Assembly (NCBI GenBank): GCA_950097015.1 | Contig: CATNEN010000039.1 | Location: forward strand, 18,662,001 to 18,726,000 | From: Macrostomum hystrix | Lineage: Eukaryota > Animalia > Platyhelminthes | DNA length: 64,000 nt | Direction of reading: 5' to 3' | In this document: positions 12,640 through 23,518 of the stretch, piece after piece | Layout of the letters: each line of letters opens with the position of its first letter | Numbering within the stretch: the first letter of the stretch is position 1 | Notes under the pieces: generated by a model | Seen by the model: only the letters and a program-made list of their open reading frames with translations | Database searches by the model: none | Told to the model about the DNA's origin: nothing | Translations under genes and position numbers: made by a program

Positions 12640-13168
12640 CAGGAAGATTTTTAGGGGATCTGGGAGATTCTTAGATTAATCCTTAGTATTTTATAGGGTA
12701 TTGGATTAATCTTGAGTATTTGGGAGATCATTGGATGGATCAATATTGAGGATTTGGGGGATCATTGGATAGATCAATATTGAGGATTTAGGAGATCATT
12801 GGATAGATCAATATTGAGGATTCGTGAGATCATTGGATAGATCAATATTGAGGATTCGTGAGATCATTGGATAGATCAATATTGAGGATTCGTGAGATCA
12901 TTGGATAGATCAATCTTGAGGATTTGGGGGATCATTGGATAGATCAATATTGAGGATTTGGGGGATCATTGGATAGATCAATATTGAGGATTCGTGAGAT
13001 CATTGGATAGATCAATCTTGAGGATTTGGGGGATCATTGGATAGATCAATATTGAGGATTTGGGGGATCATTGGATAGATCAATCTTGAGGATTTGGGGG
13101 ATCATTGGATAGATCAATCTTGAGGATTTGGGAGATCATTGGATAGATCAATATTGAGGATTTGGGGC
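12640..13168. repeat. 34-bp minisatellite (tgaggatttgggagatcattggatagatcaatat) between the helicase stop and the NEMF start
   Basis: 34-bp period, degenerate left edge. Confidence 0.93.
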
Positions 13169-13579
13169 ATTCTACTATACGTATAGTTTTACTTTACTAA
13201 ACAGAAAAAAACTGGAAATAAGCTAGCATATGTTCCAAACTCAGAAGCAGTTCACAGTCTCATACGACTCAAATTTAATTGCTTGCAATGTATTCGACAT
13301 TTTCTTACCAACAAAAATTGTCTCCAAGCGAACAAATAGGCTAACCAATAAGATGCGAGAGCCAGAAAGTGAAAATAATCATCAAAAAACTGATTGACAG
13401 CTAACAATCGATTAAATGGTCAATTTGATTTAAAAAGAAAGGTGACACTTTCCAAATGAACACAATTCAAGTTATTATAGAAATGCATCAATTGAATTAT
13501 TAAACTTGGTGATTTACTTTAAAAACCGCATAGCTGTAGATCGAAACGGAAGTGATCTTATTCGAATTAAATCACCTAA

Positions 13580-16500
13580 TTACCAGTTGTTAGTCCTAGC
13601 TCGTTTAGCATCCGGGGCTTCGCCATTTCCCCATTGTCGCTTGAATCCGCCGCCGCCTCGTCCACCGCCGCCTCTGAAACCGCCGCCGCCGCCGCCGCCA
13701 TTGCCATAGCTGTTCCTGAATCCACCGTTGCCATAGCTGTTTCTGAAGTTGCCGCCGCCACTTCTATATACTCCGCCGCCGCGGCCACCGCCGAAGCCAG
13801 CGTGTTCGACTTCTTCCAATTCTGGCAGCTCCGTTAGCTTCACCAGCTGATCGAATCGACCGTCTGACCAGCGCTTCTCAACCACATCGTCCATATTCGA
13901 TGGTAGATCGAATAGCAGAGATTTCCGGTCTTTGCTAAAAGTGACGTATTGCACTTTTTCGACTTGTTCGGGATCCAAGCAGCGACGCAAGGCGCCAAAT
14001 AGGTAGCCCTTGCCGTGCACCTGTAATATGGGGAGCGGGATTTTTTAAACTATTTTTTGAATCTGGTAGATGATAGACCGAATCTGGAACATAATAGATC
14101 GAATCTGGTAGATAATAGATCGAATCTGGTAGATAATAGATCGGATCGAATCTGGTAGATAATAGATCGAATCTGGTAGATAATAGATCGAATCTGGTAG
14201 ATAATTGATCGAATGTGGTAGATAATAGATCGAATCTGGTAGATTTATTATCATATCTGGTAGATGATAAGTCGATTCTGGTAGATTAACAATGGAATCT
14301 GGTAGATAAACAATGGAATCTGGTAGATGATTGGTGGAATCTGGTAGATAAACAGTGGAATCTGGTAGAATCAATGGAATCTAGTAGATAAACAATGGAA
14401 TCTGGTAGATAAACAATGGAATCTGGTAGATAAACAATAGAAACTAGTAGATAAACAATGGAATCTGGTAGATAAACAATGGAATTTGGTAGATAAACAA
14501 TGGAATCTGGTAGATTTATTATCATATCTGGTAGATGATAAGTCGATTCTGGTAGATTAACAATGGAATCTGGTAGATAATAGATCGAATCTGGTAGATA
14601 TATTATCATATCTGGTAGATGATAGGTCGATTCTGGTAGATTAACAATGGAATCTGGTAGATGATTGGTGGAATCTGGTAGATGATTGGTGGAATCTGGT
14701 AGATAAACAGTGGAATCTGGTAGATGATTGGTCGATTCTGTTAGATAAACAATGGAATCTGGTAGATAAACAATGGAATCTGGTAGAATCAATGGAATCT
14801 GGTAGATAAACAATGGAATCTGGTAGATAAACAATGGAATCTGGTAGAATCAATAGAATCTAGTAGATAAACAATGGAATCTGGTAGATAAACAATGGAA
14901 TCTGGTAGATAAACAATGGAATCTGGTAGATAAACAATGGAATCTGGTAGATAAACAATGGAATCTGGTGGATAAACAATGGAATCTGGTAGATAAACAA
15001 TGGAATTTGGTAGACAACGCACCGTCTCCGCAGTTGTATGCAAAGCGTAGGCGGTGAAGCCCTCTCTGGCAGACAGCAGGGAGCGGCCAACAATTTCAGT
15101 TTGTCCACTGAGCACAGCCAATGCGGCAGCCACGGCACGCTCAGCGCCCATTGCGGCGATGAGCTCGGCGGCTTCCTCGGCCAGCAGCTGGATGGTGGGA
15201 TCTTGCACCGCCTGCAGCTGCTCCAACGAATGACGACCGGCGGCTTTGACCAGGTCGGCTGTCGATGGCGCGCCGACTCGCTTGAACCTATTTGGTTTGG
15301 GCAGTTTTTTATATAGATATTATTGTAGAATTTATTTAATCAGCCCCAATTGGACCAGATGTGCAGTCGACAGCTATCTGAAGGCTGCGTACGACTTTTC
15401 ATTCCATGGACTGGGGAGATGCCACACAGACTATCAATCACCCATTTGCAAATTCGGAATCGAACCCCCGACCTTTAAGTCCCGAGTCCGCCGTCCTAAT
15501 TATTAAGCTACCACCCCTATTTTAACCGCAAACACCGAAAAGCTATAAAGAGTCGTGTGCGTGTTTATGAGGATGTGTGGATGGCTTTGACTAGACACTG
15601 GAGATATTAAATAAATCAAGGATATCACAGTTTGTGAAGAACTTCCTTGGTGTTTAGGACTTAGGCCCTACAGAATTTTCAATACAACATGCATGTTGTG
15701 GGGTGGGTTTCAACCCAAACCTGTTGGAGTGGCAGGGGGTGAGTGGCAGAGTAGTTAAGGCATTTGCCTTTCGCACCAAGGTCATAAAGCTCGATTCCGC
15801 GGCGAGGCCACATTTATTTAGGGCTGAGAGAAGGCTTGGGGGCTTGTCATGCAATTTACGCCCCTTGAGAGCCAACCAGGCACAGAGTGTACACTGTCTG
15901 GCGATGAGAAAGTCAGGGCAGATGTACACACTTGTGTGCGTGTGTGCTCAGGAGTCATCGACATGGGCAGAATTGCCTCCTCGCTGGCTCGCTCGCTAGA
16001 ACTACTAAGGGGGGGGGGAATTCCACCCACTGAAAATTTTTTGTGCTGCACCCGAACGTAGCAACGCAAGCACACAATACTCAAGAACAAGGGCCAACTT
16101 TTTTTGCGGATCTTCTGAAACAATAGTCAAGTCGCCAGCTCTACAGACCGTCGAGATATTAAATCTTTCTGGTCGAAGGTCATAAGCGATCTAAGGTCAG
16201 GCCTTCAAACTTTATCAGCATCTCACCCGAATGTGCCTGCATTATCTCCATCTTCGGTGGTCACCTACCTTTATCTAGACGGATTTGCTAGACCTTTAAG
16301 GGCCCAAAACAGGTGGAAAAGGTCACTATGGACACCCTGGCGCGAATTTCTCCGAGTTCTCTAATCAGTCACCACCCAAAGCTGTTAGCATTCAGGCGCT
16401 GCCAAAAAATGTCATGGGGTCCCCCTTACTATAAAAACGGGCGGCAAAATGGCTAATTGGTAGTTCTATTGTTAACCGCAGTTTACCTAATTCCAGCCTG

Positions 16501-19149
16501 TCGTTCCACGCGCTTCAGTTCGGCATCCTCCTTCACAGTGTAGAATGTCACAGCGGCGCCCGATCGTCCGGCGCGTCCTGTCCGACCGGCCCGATGAATA
16601 TAGGCCTCCGTATCCTTGGGCGGATGGCACTGGATGACCAGATCAACATGCGGAATATCCAGACCTCTGGAGGCTACATCAGTAGTGACTAGCACTCTGT
16701 ATTTGCCGTCGCGAAATTTCTGCAAAACTAATTCTCGCTTATCCTGCGGTATGTCGCCGTGTAGGACGTGACAATCGCCGGACATAGCGGCGTGGGAAGC
16801 CAATTCATCGGCGTCGCGTTTTCGCTCGCAGAACACAATGCATCGGGCGCGAGGGCCGCCGCAACGGACGCGAATGACATCGGCTATGGCCGAACTGCGC
16901 GACGAGAACGGCGACAAGATTGCCAGGTGTTCCACTGTTTGAGAGGCCCGACCTTGGCCATCTCCGGTCACTAGGTCTAGCCGGATTAGATTGTTTGGGT
17001 CCAGGTATTTGGCTGAAGTCTCCTCAACCTGTGAAGGGTGGGGGCAATACAGCAGGTTCAGACTTCGGATCGATAGGTCGATAGTTCGAATCTTAACCCA
17101 ATTACAAGGGGAAACAAAACTACCAGTAGGTTTGTCTCTCGTTTTCTATCTATCTTTTTTCTATAATTTTGTAAAAATATAAAGCTTTATTAAACATGCT
17201 AAAACTACTAACTACCGAATGTTTCTTCATAATAATATTTAGTGTCATTTTTTCTGAAATAAAAAACGCGTGAACTATTATTTAACGTTACTTTTTAACG
17301 ACTTGATAAAAAGTAACGCTTTATTGCTTTTTTTAATTTCCCTAAAAATTAATACAGTTACTAACGGAGTATCTTTAATAAGGCCTCGACTTGTTAAAGA
17401 TAAAGACTCGTTGAAGATAAAGACTCGTTGAAGATAAAGACTCGTTGAAGATGCAAATGGCTATTCAGATTGTACATAAATACAAAATAACTAATTAGAT
17501 GACGAGGCTTTTACTATTATATCGACACTCCTAGTTACTCCCGCCGTTTACCTACTATATTATACTCTAATGAAGTGGTTAAAAAACTCACCCAGGACGG
17601 CATAGTGGCAGAAAACAGCAGCGTCTGCGGCCGTTCAATCACCGCCGGCTTCTCTTCTTCGTCGTAGGCTGAAAAGCCGTTTTCCTTTTTGACGCAGCTA
17701 CCATACAGCCTACTCAATAGTTGGTCGACGGGTTCGCGAAATCCCATATCAAGCATGCGATCAACTTCGTCTAGTACGACACGCTTAATATTATCCATCC
17801 TTAAGCAGCCTTGATTAACTAGGTCGACTACGCGACCCGGGGCGCCGACAACAATGTCCACACCGGCTGCTAGTGCGCTTCGGTGCTTCTCGTAAGGCAC
17901 ACCGCCGTAGACTGGCAGCACAGTCAGGCCGCTGCTAGGCGGACAGATGCCTGTGATATCGTCCGCTATCTGTTTAGCTAATTCTCGAGTTGGAGCCAGT
18001 ATTAGGACTCGCGGAGATCGAGCTTGCGACCTCTTTGCCGGCGTCTAAAAAAAAAGGCAACAATTTTTCTATGTTTATTAAATTATTAAATTAAATTATT
18101 AAATTATTAAATTTGAATTAATCAGCTGGAAACACACCTGAATGGATTTAAGCTGCACATTAATACCTACGAGTGTGTTTAAGCTGTATATAAATATCCT
18201 CGACAGTGTTTAAGCTGGATATAAATACCCTTGACAGTGTTTAAGCTGGATATAAATACCCTTGACAGTGTTTAAGCTGGATATAAATACCCTTGACAGT
18301 GTTTAAGCTGGATATAAATACCCTTGACAGTGTTTAAGCTGGATATAAATACCCTTGACAGTGTTTAAGCTGGATATAAATACCCACGACTGTGTTTGAG
18401 ATAGAAATTGTTTTTTCTAAAGTAAACCTGTCTGAAATTATCATGTTTTACAGCTAGCAAACGCTTTAACATCGTAATGACACAGGCTAGCGTAGGTTGT
18501 AGCCTAGTGGTAAGAGCGTCGGACTGACGACCTTTAGTAAGTCTTGCTTTAGCAAGACACTTTAATAATCTAGATTGCTTCGTTCAACTGTCTGTTAAAT
18601 GTGTCCAGCATTCACAGAGGTAGTTGAGGTCATGGGTCTGGCATCCCTCCCACAGTCTCTGGACTGAACAGCTGTACGCAGTCATTAGATGCACTGATCA
18701 TGTCTTTATGTTTTACTATTTTTTACTTTCTTTGTGCTTGTAGGTATAAGTAATAAAAGACTCACCGCGTTATTCTTGTCCTTCTTGTCTAGCAGCTGCA
18801 GCACTAAAGGCAGTCCGAAAGCTAAAGTTTTGCCTGTTCCAGTTCGCGATTGTACAATGACATCCCTGCCGGACATGATGTGCTCAAATGACTGTTGCTG
18901 TACAGGGAACAGAGCGGTAACGCCGCGCTCTCGAAGCTGTTTAGCTACCACTTTGGGCAGATTGTATTGTTCCAGGCTGCCCTCGACTATTGAATCATCG
19001 ACGGTGGGTGCAGTGGTATCCGCTTCATCTGCCGAGCCGGACTTCACTTTTATTGAAGTTATAAAATCATGCCCATTTTCTTCTTTAACTAGTTTCTTAG
19101 TTTTTTTCAGCTTTTTCTCTGATTTATTTTCCTTCTTTGGCGACTTCAT
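13580..19149 (-). CDS. DDX21: Nucleolar DEAD-box RNA helicase, DDX21/DDX50 family (5 exons, ~694 aa)
   Basis: Exons 19149-18766, 18044-17592, 17028-16487, 15287-15023, 14020-13580 (intron phases 0,0,2,0). Motifs: LFPVQ, SRTGTGKT, APTRELA, LDEVDRMLDMGF, FSAT, LHGDIPQ, DVASRGLDIP, YIHRAGRTGRAG, then a GUCT-like region and RGG tail. The 5' end may extend to an acceptor at 19189-19190. Confidence 0.92.
14055..15015. repeat. 21-bp minisatellite (gaatctggtagataaacaatg) filling helicase intron 4
   Basis: 21-bp period; occupies almost the entire intron 14021-15022. Confidence 0.96.
15343..15516 (-). mobile_element. SINE family B copy with internal deletion
   Basis: ccagatgtgcag...gctgcgtac...ccatggactgggg and cggaatcgaaccc match 40905-41180. 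Confidence 0.7.
15735..15995 (+). mobile_element. tRNA-derived SINE family A (helicase intron 3)
   Basis: Full-length similarity to 12049-12315. Confidence 0.85.
18165..18400. repeat. 31-bp minisatellite (tttaagctggatataaatacccttgacagtg)
   Basis: ~7 units. Confidence 0.93.
18490..18700 (+). mobile_element. SINE family B copy (helicase intron 1)
   Basis: ggttgtagcctagtggtaagagcgtcgg head; agcaagacact...attgcttc central block; tggactga...tgtacgcag 3' block. Confidence 0.7.
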
Positions 19150-19839
19150 CTTATTCTTTACTGGATGGATATTTGTCCCAACTAATACCTTGTGAGAAAA
19201 AATGCAAGAATGAGATTAAATGTCATGAGATTCCATTAAGTTAAGTAGATTTTTTGTGCCAAATCAAAACCTATTCCAAATCATATTGATTTATAAAGAA
19301 TAATGTAAGAATAAAATAAAGCAAATATAAGGGAAATGTGTTTTAATTACTTATAGTTTAAGATTTTTGTTTAATCATATAACTTATGCTGAAAGTACGT
19401 GGAATAAAAGAACACTTCATTTTGTTTTAATCTTAAATGCTTCCCAGATCTTAGTTAAAAGATCTGGGAACTACTCAAACTGGAAGTACAATAGTAAGTA
19501 GTTTTCAATCTCAATAAAAACTAATTCCCACCCATTTACTAGTCGTTTTAAGTGGTTAGGACATATTTGTTTATATGTGATTACAGAAAATGACAAGACT
19601 GTCCATTGGGGGTTGAGTCTAGGGCCATTGGTGTGCCAGTTAGGGAAATGGCTTGCTGAAGTAATTGGTGCTTTCACTTCATTAGCTAGTACAGGGTGAT
19701 ATTTGAGCTAAATAAAAACTTATTTAATTAATATTATATACAAATAGGCTCTAAACTGTAGAATGATTGTGAAAATAGCAAAATGATCATTTCGTAAACT
19801 GAAGTTGCAGCAAACTGACTGTTATATTTCACAGGTAAA

Positions 19840-20488
19840 CAGTTGCTTCGGCTATAGGCATTTCAGCCAAAAGCCATTTCAGCCTCAAACCATTTCAGCC
19901 ACAAACCATTTTGGCCACAAAATAGTTTGGCCCTATACTTAATTAAACTCACAACATTCTTACGGCTAAACTCTAATTTATTTAAGTTGTTAATTTTTTT
20001 TATACCAACATTGGAAAGCAAGAATTTGACTTCTAATAATTTGACTTCTACAATGACAAAAAAATTAATTTTTAAATACAATATGCTTGAAGTATTTGCA
20101 CAGTATAAAAGTAATAAAAGAAGAGGACTTGGTATACAAAGAATAGTAAAAATGTGAATATTCTGCACCAATACAAATAGTTTAGTACTGCCGATGAGTA
20201 GGCCTATATTTCATTATTTCACTATTTTATGCGCAATGGGTAGCTAACTAAGCTAAATACATAGGCATTGAATTGTTGATTCAATTGACTGAGTGCAAAA
20301 GTTATCAGATGTAAATTTGTCAGATGTACAGATCTTTAGGCTTCAACTCATTTTAAGGACTGCTTTAATGTACTAAAAATTATGGACAATGTAATGTAGC
20401 ATTATAGTGCCCATTTGGCTTTTGGCCAAAATGGCTATGGCCGAAATGGTTTTTGGCCAAAGTGGCTATGGCCAAAACGGCGAAACTG
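19840..20488. mobile_element. Foldback-like non-autonomous DNA element with inverted ~16-bp subterminal repeats
   Basis: Left arm (ccatttcagccaaaag/ccattttggccacaaa) is inverted relative to the right arm (tttggccaaaatgg, tatggccgaaatgg); termini cagtt/aactg. Confidence 0.6.
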
Positions 20489-21068
20489 CATATATAAAAT
20501 TGACTTCCCAATACAAAGTCAAAGGTCTTCTTAGCTTACAGCCAATGACTAATACTTAAACTCTTAATTTGTTTAGAACTTTTGGTAGAATGAGAAATTA
20601 GAGTTTGACTCCCAAAACAACACTTGCATATATACCTGTTAGGAGGGTGGCTTGCTCAGTATATTCAAACAAGTAGATCATACAAACAAAAAAGCAATTC
20701 TTTGACTTTGTTGCTAAAAAGTATTTTATGTAAGTTTAAAGCCATTAAAACAGTAAAATAAAGGCATATTACAATTGAGAATGCCTCTTTTCATAAACAT
20801 TCTATCTTTCAGGAACTTTCTGGGGATTGACCGAGATTGTTTATTTAAAGCCACATAGGCCCAATCAACAATAAGAGCAATGGTCAGGGATCATTAAAGG
20901 AAATAATGACTATTCAATCATTCTGCAATGTGAATAAAGTGGGCATTATTGGTATAGTTCCATGTGGATAAATTTAGCACTATTCACATGGGACCATGGC
21001 AATCAATAAGCACTAGTTTGAGAATCTTATTCATAATTAGTTAGCATTTTTTGTAAAAAAAATATTAT

Positions 21069-21929
21069 TGTGGTAGTGTGTTTTAAAGGTTTTCATTTTT
21101 GTATATATGTTTTATCATTTCTTACATTATAAAATTAGTAAAAATTTAAAATCAAAAATGCGCCAAAAAAATATTTTGTTTTACTTTTTACCATCATAAA
21201 AAATAATACTGTATATAAATATTTTGTTTTACTTTCTACAGTGTAAATATTATTATGTAAAATGTTTCAATTTAAACAAACGCTAAGTTTTACTGTATAT
21301 ATATAGCTGCGATTTTTGACCAAGAAAATAAAGTTGTTGTGAGTTGAGAGTTGTGTGTTAAGTTGTGTAAAGTGTAAAGTGTTAAGTGTGTGTTTTAAAG
21401 CAAATTTCGAAGTTTCAAGTGTTACATTGTGTTATTCATTTTAAGAGAAGATAGTAGTGAGAAATATACTCAGAACTATACTAAGAATTATACTCAGAAT
21501 TATACTAAGAATATTACAAAAGAGAAACTGCTATAACTCTAATCTCGGGGACGCCTAATTGACTGGAGACGCATACAGTTGCCTAATTACCACTTGTGCA
21601 AACATATACACTACCATTTGAGAAGTTAAAACGGCCCATTTAAGGACTGCCAGTTAAAAATCTATTAAATTAAGGCAATAGCAGTGGGATCTTAATTAAT
21701 AATTTTGCCCTGCAACAACTTTAGTGGCATTCGGTGAAATTAGATAATTAATTAGCTTAAGAAGTAAAGACCTGGTACAACTTTGGTGGCATCATTGAGA
21801 TAAATACATAACAAAGAAATTAGGCCTGTAACAACTTTGGCGGCAGCGGTGGGATAGTTAATTTCCACCTATAACAACTTTAGTGGCATTCAGTAGGGAT
21901 CTCAAATATTATAAAATAGGCCTTCAACA
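21069..21929 (+). mobile_element. Probable solo LTR (Gypsy-like) with internal tandem PBS array
   Basis: TGTGGTAG...CTTCAACA ends; 4-bp TSD TTAT on both sides; TATATATA (~21297) followed by AATAAA (~21327); four (LTR-end + tRNA-Leu PBS-like) units at 21707-21900. Confidence 0.6.
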
Positions 21930-21937
21930 TTATTAAC

Positions 21938-22596
21938 TAGGGTAATGTATCATCAACCAAACAAGAATATGGATTTTTTAACTTCGAACCTAAGCTCTAC
22001 AGATTTTGTATTTAAGATATGATTATAAATCAAAAGCCAAGTTATAGAAAACATTTATAACTTTCTAAAAAGTATATGCTTTTGCTATTTTGTCAAATAG
22101 GAAAAAAGTTATTCATGTTTTTCATCTAAACCCAAACAATGATTTTCATATATCTTCAAACTGAATGGAGAATTTGATGTTCGGTTTTACAGTTTGAGTG
22201 AGTGGTTTAATCTTATTTTAAGGAGTGAACTATCATGAATTGTCATTTGATAGGCCCTAGAATTTTTCATGCTCTATAAATAACTACATTTATGGTCATT
22301 TAATTGGAAAGCAACTGCATACAATCTTAGTCTAAAGTACATGCTGATAAAATGTTGTTAAAAAGTATGCTTTTGTGAAAAAAATTTCTACTGAAATGTC
22401 AATATCTTTCCTTCCTTTTAATGCTTCATTTTCATTGCATGTCATGCCTCAGCTTATAGATAATTTATTTGACTTTTAAATTAGTTGTTCTGTGAAACAC
22501 AATAGCTTGTTTCTGTCTTACATAAGACCAAGGAAGGAGTCAAAATTCTTGTTCGGTTTTGAAGATACACTGTTCGGTTGATGATACATTAACCTA
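21938..22596. mobile_element. MITE, copy 1 (TIR tagggtaatgtatcatcaacc; TA at both ends)
   Basis: ~25-bp TIR; similar along its whole length to 24182-24783. Confidence 0.85.
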
Positions 22597-23518
22597 CACA
22601 TGACACGTCGACACAACATAGTTTAGGCCTAGCTTCAGAATATTATAGCGAGCAACTAAAAGCTGTACTCTAAAAACAAAATATTTTTGTGCACTGGCTT
22701 TTCGATCGAACTATAGAAATTCATCAGTCACCATCAAGATTTACAGACTAGGTGGCCTAAGCTAAACAAACTTTGACACTTTCGAAAATTCACAATTGAC
22801 ATATGACACAAATAACACGACATGGATTCAAACTTTTATGTTTCTGTTTTGGTGCTTGATGGTGTCATGTTAATTGTTTCACGTGATGTTCCATGTTCGG
22901 AAACTGTTCCTTTTGTTTTCAGCAACATATTGTATTGACCGAGAAATGTTGTGCATCCAACATTCAACATTACAATGTTGTGCATATGTAAAATCAATTT
23001 CACATTATTCACGCACATTGTTTAAAACAAAAGGTTTCAAGAAATTTTCTTGTTATTTTTTGTTTTTGCAAAATCAAGTATATGCATTAATTCAGGTAGT
23101 AAAATAACTTTTATTGTAGTCTTATTCTACTAATTAAGCTGCCTGTATGAAAAAAAAACAATCCACACGATGTATGACAATTTAAAATTCAGTCGCGACT
23201 AAAAGACAGTTTTGAATAACAATGTATTAAATACATGACTTATAACGGCTAGGAAATTAATTGTTGTTTTTTAATAAATAATCAGATCCGTAATCATTTG
23301 TAGTAACTGCTTGTATAAGCTTACTTAAATTTTCACGTCAGTTGCTAAAAATCATTTTAGTTTACACATTCCATTCGTGCTAGACAGCTAGAGTCCTAAG
23401 AGTCGCTCTGCTCTGCTATAATAAAGAGGTTCTTTAATTTGTTTTCAACTTGCAGGTCATTTTAGTCTATATATTTTTTAAAGTACAAAATAGTTTACAA
23501 AAATACTTTGCTAAAACA

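Noticed and set aside
21707-21929. CRISPR array
   Set aside because: Eukaryotic context, degenerate repeats, irregular spacers and no cas genes; the repeats match LTR-end plus PBS
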